Shown: positions 1 to 8,300 of the stretch, piece by piece
How the letters are laid out: the number at the start of each line of letters is the position of its first letter
Position numbering within the stretch: the first letter of the stretch is position 1
Assembly: GCA_031547505.1 (NCBI GenBank)
Contig: JAVBRY010000225.1
Span: forward strand, 1-38,169
Length of the DNA stretch: 38,169 nucleotides
Direction: 5' to 3'
Source of the DNA: Candidatus Gastranaerophilaceae bacterium
GTDB taxonomy: Bacteria; Cyanobacteriota; Vampirovibrionia; Gastranaerophilales; Gastranaerophilaceae
Translations under genes and position numbers: made by a program
Notes under the pieces: model-generated
What the model saw: the letters and a program-made list of their open reading frames with translations, nothing else
Told to the model about the DNA's origin: nothing
The model's database searches: none

Positions 1-1
1 G

Positions 2-1417
<1,416 letters not shown>

Positions 1418-1433
1418 ACAATAATAAATAAAC

Positions 1434-1560
1434 TGTCATCCCGAACTTGATTCGGGATCTGCACCAACTGTGCAACCCGCTTTAGGTTTTTGGATGACGT
1501 AAAACTTAAACATACAGATGCTGCAACCGGGTTGGCGCCGCAAACAAGTTCAGCATGACA
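1434..1560. repeat. GTC-hairpin repeat, doublet (A-type)
   Basis: Left unit tgtc-ATCCCGAA-cttga-TTCGGGAT. Right unit ATGCTG...CAGCAT-gaca. Termini tgtcatcccgaac / gttcagcatgaca are inverted repeats. Confidence 0.8.
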
Positions 1561-1579
1561 ATTGGTATAAGGCTAAGAT

Positions 1580-1987
1580 ATGTCAGATAAAAAAATCAAT
1601 TTAAAAATAATAACCCACGAAAAAGAAGTCTTTAACGAAGATGTCGATGCGGTGTATTCAAAAGGCGTAGATGGTGAGTTCGGTATTTTGCCCGACCACA
1701 TTCCTTTTATGAGTGCACTTGATATCGGGGTTACTAAAATTGAAAAAGATCACAATTTCGATTATATAACCACAATGGGCGGCATTTTTCAGTTCAAAGA
1801 CAATCAGGCATTGATTCTTACTGATTTGGCCGAAAAAGGCTGTGACGTTGATGTTGCCAGAGCAAAAGCTGCAAAATCAAGAGCCGAAGCAAGACTTGGC
1901 GACCCTAATGCGGAAGCCGATGCCATCAGAGCACAAATCGCTCTCGCTAAAGCAATGGCAAGACTAAAAGCCGCTGATAACAAGTAA
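1580..1987 (+). CDS. atpC: F-type ATP synthase F1 epsilon subunit
   Basis: 135 aa directly after atpD. N-terminal beta-sandwich segment (VDGEFGILPDHIPF) and Ala/Arg-rich C-terminal helical hairpin typical of epsilon. Confidence 0.85.
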   Translation: MSDKKINLKIITHEKEVFNEDVDAVYSKGVDGEFGILPDHIPFMSALDIGVTKIEKDHNFDYITTMGGIFQFKDNQALILTDLAEKGCDVDVARAKAAKSRAEARLGDPNAEADAIRAQIALAKAMARLKAADNK

Positions 1988-2007
1988 GTTCATACAATAA
2001 GTGTAAC

Positions 2008-2057
2008 GTCATTGCGAACGAGCTCGTAGAGCAGGTGTGGCAATCCAGACAATCGCA
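2008..2057. repeat. GTC-hairpin repeat (B-type, gtcattgcga...ggcaatccag)
   Basis: gtcattgcgaacgagctcgtagagcaggtgtggcaatccagacaatcgca. Same consensus as the copies at 3696 and 6881. Confidence 0.8.
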
Positions 2058-2092
2058 CTAATTATAGTTTGAAAACAACTTAATGATAGCGT

Positions 2093-2848
2093 CTATCTTA
2101 CGCAAACAGATTGTGCCGTAAGCTCTTTCTTAAGCTGTGGAACAGGTAATGTTCCAAAGTGAAAAATTGATGCTGCAAGAGCCGCATCAGCGTTTGCTTT
2201 TTCAAATACTTCAACAAAATGCCTTGAATCCGCTCCTGCGCCACCTGAGGCAATAACAGGGATGTTTGTGTTGTCGACAACAAGCTTTGTCATATCTATA
2301 TCAAACCCTGCCTGTGTGCCATCTGCGTCCATTGAGGTTAAAAGTATTTCACCAGCACCGAGCTTCTCGACTGTTTGAACCCAGTCAATGAGCTTTATGC
2401 CTGTGTTTTTTGTGCCTGCGTTTATGAACACATAAAAATCATTGTCGATTTTTTTTCCGTCAATAGCGACAACAATACATTGTGAGCCGAAGTAGTCACT
2501 CGATTCCTTGATTAAATCAGGATTTTTTACCGCCTGAGAGTTGATAGAAACCTTGTCGGCGCCTGCCATAAGGATAGAGCGCATGTCTTCAACGGTTTTT
2601 ATTCCTCCTCCGACCGTGAACGGAATGAACACCTGTTTTGCAACTGCTTCAACCATTTGCAGTGTGGTTTTACGGGCTTCGTTAGTAGCTGTAATGTCCA
2701 AAAATACCAACTCATCCGCACCTTCATCACTGTATTTTTTTGCTAAAGAGACCGGATCGCCTGCGTATTTTAGGTTTTCAAAATTGACACCCTTCACAGT
2801 CTGCCCGTCTTTTACATCCAAACAAGGTATGATTCGCTTTGCTAACAT
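2093..2848 (-). CDS. hisF: imidazole glycerol phosphate synthase cyclase subunit
   Basis: 251 aa. Canonical HisF N-terminus [15 protein letters not shown], then FLDITA, TVGGGI and ASGGAG phosphate-binding motifs. Confidence 0.95.
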   Translation of the reverse strand: MLAKRIIPCLDVKDGQTVKGVNFENLKYAGDPVSLAKKYSDEGADELVFLDITATNEARKTTLQMVEAVAKQVFIPFTVGGGIKTVEDMRSILMAGADKVSINSQAVKNPDLIKESSDYFGSQCIVVAIDGKKIDNDFYVFINAGTKNTGIKLIDWVQTVEKLGAGEILLTSMDADGTQAGFDIDMTKLVVDNTNIPVIASGGAGADSRHFVEVFEKANADAALAASIFHFGTLPVPQLKKELTAQSVCVR

Positions 2849-2912
2849 AGTGATATCATAGCATAATCACTCTTTTAATTATTAATTTTAACAAAACACT
2901 ATATTATATTGC

Positions 2913-2984
2913 GTCATTCTGAGCCTTTAAGGCGAAGAATCTCTGGATGTTGCAAAGATCCTTCGGCGTCGCCTCAGGATGACA
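2913..2984. repeat. GTC-hairpin repeat (single long-loop unit with both termini)
   Basis: gtc-ATTCTGAG ... CTCAGGAT-gaca. The arms are complementary apart from one G-T pair. Confidence 0.75.
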
Positions 2985-3070
2985 ATTTTTTTGTAAACTT
3001 TTATTACTCAACTAACAAAAAAAAATTATTACAAATTTTATATAAACACCAGTCAATAAGGAATTGAAAC

Positions 3071-3292
3071 ATGAGAGTCAATTTTATTAACAGCTATTCT
3101 GCAAGACCATCATTTGGAAACCAATATGCAAACCAAATGCCAAAAGACAAAAATTATACAGATATGATTGTCAGACAAGAAAAAGAAATGCAAGACCTGC
3201 TCTTATCTGCTGATCGTAGTGCAGAAAAAGTTAGAGAATTAAAAGAAAAACAGGCTGAAGAACGCAGAGACTATCATTATTTAGGAGAATAA
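3071..3292 (+). CDS. hypothetical small protein (73 aa)
   Basis: ORF with AAGGA RBS about 8 nt upstream. Charged helical C-terminus. 7-nt gap to the next ORF. No recognisable family. Confidence 0.45.
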   Translation: MRVNFINSYSARPSFGNQYANQMPKDKNYTDMIVRQEKEMQDLLLSADRSAEKVRELKEKQAEERRDYHYLGE

Positions 3293-3299
3293 AAAATAG

Positions 3300-3689
3300 A
3301 TGAAAATTCAATCCATTAAGCCTTTTAATACTTCATCTAGCCAGGCTTTTAAGGCCGAACTAAAATTCCAAAATGCTGAAAAGTTTTTGACACCTGAAGA
3401 AATCGAAGGATATACAAAAAGAGCAAGCCGTTGGGGAACGCCTGAAGATAAAGTAACTATAAATATCTCAACCCAACACCTGCCCGAAGAAGAGAATGAC
3501 GGGCCTTATCAACATTTTGACGTAACTGTCCTGAAAGATGGCAAAAAAACAAAATCAGAACATACCTATTATCACTGGCACACATCTGCTGATGACACGA
3601 CAAAACTCGGATTGAATAAGATATTTATTAATTTGAACGATAAAACATTCAGAAACCTGAAAAAAGACTATGATCCGTATAAGCGATAA
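3300..3689 (+). CDS. hypothetical protein (129 aa)
   Basis: ORF with AGGAG RBS upstream, apparently co-transcribed with 3071..3292. No recognisable family. Confidence 0.5.
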   Translation: MKIQSIKPFNTSSSQAFKAELKFQNAEKFLTPEEIEGYTKRASRWGTPEDKVTINISTQHLPEEENDGPYQHFDVTVLKDGKKTKSEHTYYHWHTSADDTTKLGLNKIFINLNDKTFRNLKKDYDPYKR

Positions 3690-3695
3690 TCATTG

Positions 3696-3747
3696 CGTCA
3701 TTGCGAGCGAGCTTATAAAGCGAGCGCGGCAATCCAGGTCATCGCAA
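3696..3747. repeat. GTC-hairpin repeat (B-type)
   Basis: gtc-ATTGCGA-gcgagcttataaagcgagcgcggcaatccaggtca-TCGCAAT. Confidence 0.8.
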
Positions 3748-3795
3748 TAATTTGACAATGTAAGCATATTAAGAATAACCTTAATTTATGTTTTT

Positions 3796-3832
3796 TCTGG
3801 ATTGCTTCGTCACTGCGTTCCTCGCAATGACA
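3796..3832. repeat. GTC-hairpin repeat (B-type, inverted, partial)
   Basis: ctggattgcttcgtcactgcgttcctcgcaatgacag is the reverse orientation of ...ggcaatccag / gtcattgcgag. Confidence 0.7.
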
Positions 3833-3881
3833 GCCTATCTCAACTTCACTAAATCCGCTGTTGACTTAACACAAACTATCT

Positions 3882-4040
3882 TGTCATCCTGAAGCGTCAG
3901 GCTTATTATTTTAGATAATCTTGGAATATTCAGGATCTGACCAATCAGGCTTGAAAGCTTAAAACTTACGGTGTTAACTGGATAGATGCTGAATATTAAC
4001 AACTGTAATAACATGCAAAACCTAATGCTTCAGCATGACA
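3882..4040. repeat. GTC-hairpin repeat, doublet (A-type)
   Basis: Left unit tgtc-ATCCTGAA-(35 nt)-TTCAGGAT. Conserved core ctgaccaatcaggcttgaaagcttaaaacttacgg. Right unit ATGCTGAA-(35 nt)-TTCAGCAT-gaca. Confidence 0.85.
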
Positions 4041-4082
4041 GTATGTTGAATGCTTACTTTGCAGACAAGCGCAATGACAATT

Positions 4083-5870
4083 CTATCTCAGTTTCACCAA
4101 ATCCGCTTTTCTCATGCGCACGTTTTGAGGCGTGATTTCAAGCAGCTCATCATCTGCAATATATTCCATACAATCCTCAAGCGACATAATACGCGGTGCT
4201 TGTAAAGTCACCATAACGTCTGCACCGGAGCTTCTCATGTTGGTTAATTTTTTTGTCTTACAGATATTTATTGCCAAATCTTGCGGCTTGTTGCATTCGC
4301 CGATTATCATTCCGCGATATACACGGGTTTTCGGTACAACAAAGAAAACACCTCTGTCTTCAAATTGCCCTAAAGCGTAAGGAATAGTCTCACCGTCTTC
4401 AAATGCAATCAACGAACCGCTTCTCTGGCGAGGAATATCACCTGCATACGGCTTGTATTTGTAGAAGGTGTGATTCATAATCCCTTCACCGCGAGTCATA
4501 CGCATAAATTCGCTTCGAAAACCGATTAAACCGCGAGCAGGAATCAAAAACCTCATCTGTGTGCGGTTTCCGACAACATTCATCTCGTGCATTTCGCCTT
4601 TTCGTCCTGCAAGACGCTCAATACAACTTCCTGCATTTTCTTCGGGAACGTCGATTAAAAGATTTTCATAAGGCTCACGAAGCTCGTCATTAATTGTTTT
4701 GTAGATTACTTCGGGCTTTGAAACCTGAAACTCGTACCCCTCACGGCGCATAGTTTCGATTAGAATCCCTAAATGCAATTCACCTCTGCCGCTAACCTTG
4801 AACACATCAGTGTTTTCAGTATCTTCGACTTTTAAACTTACATTTTTTTCAAGCTCCTGATAAAGCCTTTTTCTGACCTGACGACTGGTTACGAATTTGC
4901 CTTCCTGACCGGAAAACGGACTGTCATTTACTGAAAAATTCATTTGTAATGTCGGCTCATCAATTTTTATTAAAGGCAGCGCTTGAGGATTTTCAAGTGC
5001 ACCGACTGTTTCACCGATATTGATATCTGCAAAGCCTGCAATACCGACTATGTCACCGGCTGACGCTTTTTTAATTTCTACTCTGCCAAGGTCTTCGAAC
5101 CCGTATAATTTGTTAACTTTTCCTTTGACAATCGAACCGTCAGATTTCACAAGGCTGACTTGTTCTTGAGAACTTATTGTTCCGTTAACGATTCTGCCGA
5201 TTGCGATTCTGCCGACATATTCGTTGTAGTCCAGTGTCGTTACGTGAAACTGCAAAGGCTTCGTCTCATCGCCTGTTGGCGGCTTAATATTTTCAAGAAT
5301 AGAATCCAACAACGGCGTAATATCCGGAGAATCATCCTCGAGTTCTTTCATCGCAATACCCTGCAAACTGCTTGCATAAATCACAGGAAAATCTATCAAA
5401 AAGTCATTGTCTGTCAGTTCCGTGAATAAATCGAAAATCTCATTCAAGGCATTATCAGGGTCAGCAGCGGGTTTGTCGATTTTGTTTATCACGGCAATTA
5501 CCCTGATACCCAGCTCCAGCGCCTTTGATAAAACAAATCTTGTCTGAGGCATAGGACCTTCAGCAGCATCGACAATTAACAATGCGCCGTCCACCATACC
5601 AAGCACCCTCTCAACCTCTCCGCCAAAATCTGCGTGGCCCGGAGTGTCTATAACATTGATTTTGTGCCCTTTGTAATTTACGGAAACGTTTTTCGAAAGG
5701 ATAGTAATCCCGCGTTCACGTTCAAGGTCATTGTTGTCTAAAATACAGGACTCAACGACTTCGTTGTCCCTAAATACACCGCTCTGCTTTAATATGCAGT
5801 CGACCATTGTTGTCTTGCCATGGTCAACGTGAGCGATAATGGCAATATTTCTAAGTTTTTTGTTTTCCAT
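4083..5870 (-). CDS. typA: translational GTPase TypA/BipA
   Basis: 595 aa. G1 [10 protein letters not shown]3 DTPGHADF, G4 NKID; EF-G-like domain order with the BipA-specific C-terminal region. Confidence 0.95.
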   Translation of the reverse strand: MENKKLRNIAIIAHVDHGKTTMVDCILKQSGVFRDNEVVESCILDNNDLERERGITILSKNVSVNYKGHKINVIDTPGHADFGGEVERVLGMVDGALLIVDAAEGPMPQTRFVLSKALELGIRVIAVINKIDKPAADPDNALNEIFDLFTELTDNDFLIDFPVIYASSLQGIAMKELEDDSPDITPLLDSILENIKPPTGDETKPLQFHVTTLDYNEYVGRIAIGRIVNGTISSQEQVSLVKSDGSIVKGKVNKLYGFEDLGRVEIKKASAGDIVGIAGFADINIGETVGALENPQALPLIKIDEPTLQMNFSVNDSPFSGQEGKFVTSRQVRKRLYQELEKNVSLKVEDTENTDVFKVSGRGELHLGILIETMRREGYEFQVSKPEVIYKTINDELREPYENLLIDVPEENAGSCIERLAGRKGEMHEMNVVGNRTQMRFLIPARGLIGFRSEFMRMTRGEGIMNHTFYKYKPYAGDIPRQRSGSLIAFEDGETIPYALGQFEDRGVFFVVPKTRVYRGMIIGECNKPQDLAINICKTKKLTNMRSSGADVMVTLQAPRIMSLEDCMEYIADDELLEITPQNVRMRKADLVKLR

Positions 5871-5978
5871 TGTTCTCGTTATCTTAATGTTTAGCTATAC
5901 CAATATAATATTACAGACTTTTTTTGTTGTCATTATAAAAATTTAACGCCGTCCCGCTTTCAATTTTATTTTAATTAT

Positions 5979-6017
5979 TCTCCCTCTCCTGTGAGGAGAG
6001 GGTTGGGGTGAGGTGGT
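5979..6017. repeat. GC-rich hairpin repeat (D-type)
   Basis: ctccctctcctgtgaggagagggttggggtgaggtgg. Related to the ccctcgccccttggggagaggg motif at 23200. Confidence 0.6.
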
Positions 6018-6036
6018 GATCTTTAGGACGATATTG

Positions 6037-6069
6037 CCAAACAAAAACCCCCACTATATTTGGCGAGGG
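6037..6069 (-). terminator. possible intrinsic terminator after 6090..6725
   Basis: On the minus strand: CCCTCGC-caaatata-GTGGGGG (7 bp including two G-U pairs), followed by TTTTTGTTTGG. Confidence 0.4.
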
Positions 6070-6089
6070 CTTTATGTTTATTATATTTC

Positions 6090-6725
6090 TTATATAGTTG
6101 CTAATCTTTCTGATATTATACCTGCAGAATCTCTTTGGGTGTAATATTCAGCTATAGCCTCGCTTGTGTCCACACTTCTTTCTGTGCGCATTTTTTTAAA
6201 TAAATCAGCTGTTTTAGTATCAAGCTTCTGTACAAGTTTTTCTTCATTGAATTTTCTTGATAAAGGATTTTTTAATCTAAACATATGTGAATTATTCAAA
6301 TAATCATTAATCATTTCTTTTCTTCCGTCTACAAGGCTCTTTTCATCTATTTTTAAGAAAGCTTGCAGCATTTCAAATGGATTGTTTGAATCAGCATAAT
6401 TTGATACAGGTATGCTTTTTCCACCGAGATGAGGGTTTTTTATTGAGTAACAAGCTTCATTGGTATACTTGTTTGGATATTGTTTTACTATAGAAAAACT
6501 GTCATTAAAAGAGTTCTTTATTGCGGTTAATTTTTTTGCCATTTCTTGTATTAGCTCCAGTTGACTCTTACCGGATTCTTTGAATGCTTTAGTTTTGATG
6601 GCTTGTGTCCAAATAACATCTAATTCGTTTTGAAATCCTTTAGACATTTTTATACCGAAATTCGGGTTAGCTTTTGCGTTGTTGTTAGCACTATAAATTT
6701 GAGACGGGGATTGTTGGATTTTCAT
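6090..6725 (-). CDS. hypothetical protein (211 aa)
   Basis: ORF with AGGAG RBS 7 nt upstream of ATG. Polar N-terminus, no signal peptide, no recognisable family. Confidence 0.55.
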   Translation of the reverse strand: MKIQQSPSQIYSANNNAKANPNFGIKMSKGFQNELDVIWTQAIKTKAFKESGKSQLELIQEMAKKLTAIKNSFNDSFSIVKQYPNKYTNEACYSIKNPHLGGKSIPVSNYADSNNPFEMLQAFLKIDEKSLVDGRKEMINDYLNNSHMFRLKNPLSRKFNEEKLVQKLDTKTADLFKKMRTERSVDTSEAIAEYYTQRDSAGIISERLATI

Positions 6726-6752
6726 ACTTTTTCTCCTGAGACATTAGACTTT

Positions 6753-6777
6753 GGTGTTGGGTTAAAACCCAACCTAC
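6753..6777. repeat. 25-nt hairpin repeat (E-type)
   Basis: ggtGTTGGGTTaaAACCCAACctac. A 24/25 inverted copy lies at 6948-6972. Confidence 0.8.
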
Positions 6778-6880
6778 TGAGACATTAAATCTTTATATCA
6801 GCATGAAAACACCTCAAGAATAAATTTGATGAAATTCTAATGAGGCCTTAATAAATGTTTACAAAATCATCCAACTTGCT

Positions 6881-6928
6881 GTCATTGCGAGCGACTGAAA
6901 GGAGCGTGGCAATCCAGAGAAACGCAAT
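6881..6928. repeat. GTC-hairpin repeat (B-type)
   Basis: gtc-ATTGCG-agcgactgaaaggagcgtggcaatccagagaaa-CGCAAT. Confidence 0.8.
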
Positions 6929-6947
6929 AATTAAAAAATGAAAGTCC

Positions 6948-6972
6948 GTAGGTTGGGTTTTAACCCAACAAC
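6948..6972. repeat. 25-nt hairpin repeat (E-type, inverted copy)
   Basis: gtaggttgggttttaacccaacaac, followed by a second hairpin GTCGGGTcaggACCCGAC at 6980-6997. Confidence 0.8.
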
Positions 6973-7009
6973 ATGATTTGTCGGGTCAGGACCCGACCTA
7001 CATTCTTAC

Positions 7010-7219
7010 CTACAATTTATTCGGGCTGTAAAGGAGAATATCATTTGGGGTGCAGTCAAGTGCAAAACAAAGCTTGTCCAGTGTTTCAAATTCAATGCCT
7101 TTATTTTTATCATAATAAAGTCTTGAAACTGTTTTATAATCCAGACCGGCTATTTTGCATACATCAGCAATTTTTAACCGCTTAGCACCCATTATCACTG
7201 ACAAATTGTTTTTAATCAT
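7010..7219 (-). CDS. XRE/Cro-C1 family helix-turn-helix protein (69 aa)
   Basis: The segment RLKIADVCKIAGLDYKTVSRLYYDKNKGIEFETLDKLCFALDCTPNDIL fits the short HTH_26/YozG-like XRE pattern. Confidence 0.75.
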   Translation of the reverse strand: MIKNNLSVIMGAKRLKIADVCKIAGLDYKTVSRLYYDKNKGIEFETLDKLCFALDCTPNDILLYSPNKL

Positions 7220-7300
7220 GTAAGGGATTGTAACACATTGAGCGACTATGGTTGATTATATACCGTAATAGGAATTATATTGGATAGTAAGGTATATTTT

Positions 7301-7504
7301 ATGAAATATAATTTAATGAAAGAAACATATCAAAATTCATTATATGAAGCCGAAAGAGCATTGAGCATACTGCATTTACTTCAATATTCACTGGAACATG
7401 AAAAAGTAAAACAGGCAGACATCATGTCTACAATAAATGTTCTTGAAGAAAAATTGTGTAAACTAAAAAAGAATCTTGGAGAGCTGGAAGGATTGTTTGA
7501 CTAG
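7301..7504 (+). CDS. small all-helical hypothetical protein (67 aa from ATG 7301; ORF track starts at TTG 7280)
   Basis: Divergent from the XRE gene. AAGG RBS before ATG 7301. Heptad-like helical sequence. C-terminal motif VLEEKLCKLKKNL is shared with the ORF at 13457. Confidence 0.45.
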   Translation: MKYNLMKETYQNSLYEAERALSILHLLQYSLEHEKVKQADIMSTINVLEEKLCKLKKNLGELEGLFD

Positions 7505-7506
7505 AC

Positions 7507-8073
7507 CTATTCCGCTTCTTCTAAAACAAAATCTTCCCCAATAGACTCAACGGACTCATCCGCATCATCTCCATCATCCCTTATCTGTCTTTCAAGATCC
7601 ATGATTTTCGCGAGTGACTTTGCATCGCCTTTGAGTTTGAAATACTCTGCAAATTTCGGTGTGGTTTTTAAATTAAACGAACGTCCGTTCTTGTCTTTTG
7701 TACGGGAAACAAGCCCCTTCTTAACAAGCTCTTGAATATGCTCATAGGCATTTGAGCGCAATTCTTTTAAATGTGACTGCCTGATAGGCTCTTTTAAAGC
7801 AATAACCGTAAGCGTTTTCAAGACGGCAGGAGTAAGCTCCACAGGGCAGAGCTGTTCAACTATATCCATAAACTCTTCTTTAACCTGCAAAATGTAGCCG
7901 TTCTCATCGTCTATTTCGAGCGCACCTTCACGTGCGGCGTAGTCCATGATAAGCTCCAGAAGCGCTTCTTCGACTTCCGTTTCTTCCTCTTTTAAAATTT
8001 CCGAGATGTCCTTGACCTCAAGCGCCTGGGCGGTGATGAACAAGACAGCTTCCACTCTTGCTTTTAAAGACAT
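7507..8073 (-). CDS. scpB: segregation and condensation protein B
   Basis: 188 aa. VEAVLFITAQALEVKDISEIL start and two winged-helix segments typical of ScpB; acidic tail. Confidence 0.85.
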   Translation of the reverse strand: MSLKARVEAVLFITAQALEVKDISEILKEEETEVEEALLELIMDYAAREGALEIDDENGYILQVKEEFMDIVEQLCPVELTPAVLKTLTVIALKEPIRQSHLKELRSNAYEHIQELVKKGLVSRTKDKNGRSFNLKTTPKFAEYFKLKGDAKSLAKIMDLERQIRDDGDDADESVESIGEDFVLEEAE

Positions 8074-8146
8074 AATTTTCTAATCCTTGTATAAGATTAT
8101 ACCAAAGTCCTAATAGTCATTCAATACAGCGTGTAAGGGAGTTGTT

Positions 8147-8293
8147 TGTCATTGCCGGGTTAGCCTGTCACCCCGCTGCGCTAAATTGCTTGAGTTGTTT
8201 GATATTGTCTGAGCGGGGTCTAAATCATGCTTTTTAGATACCGCACAGCATAAAACCATTGAGTCTTGTGTTACTCAGCGCTGCGGTATGACA
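8147..8293. repeat. GTC-hairpin repeat, doublet (A-type)
   Basis: Left unit tgtc-ACCCCGCT-(34 nt)-AGCGGGGT. Right unit ATACCGCA-(36 nt)-TGCGGTAT-gaca. An extra tgtcattgccggg stub sits at the left edge. Confidence 0.8.
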
Positions 8294-8300
8294 CTGCGTG

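Noticed and set aside
6973-7185. 70-aa plus-strand ORF.
   Set aside because: It is antisense to the convincing XRE HTH gene 7010..7219 and begins inside hairpin repeats.
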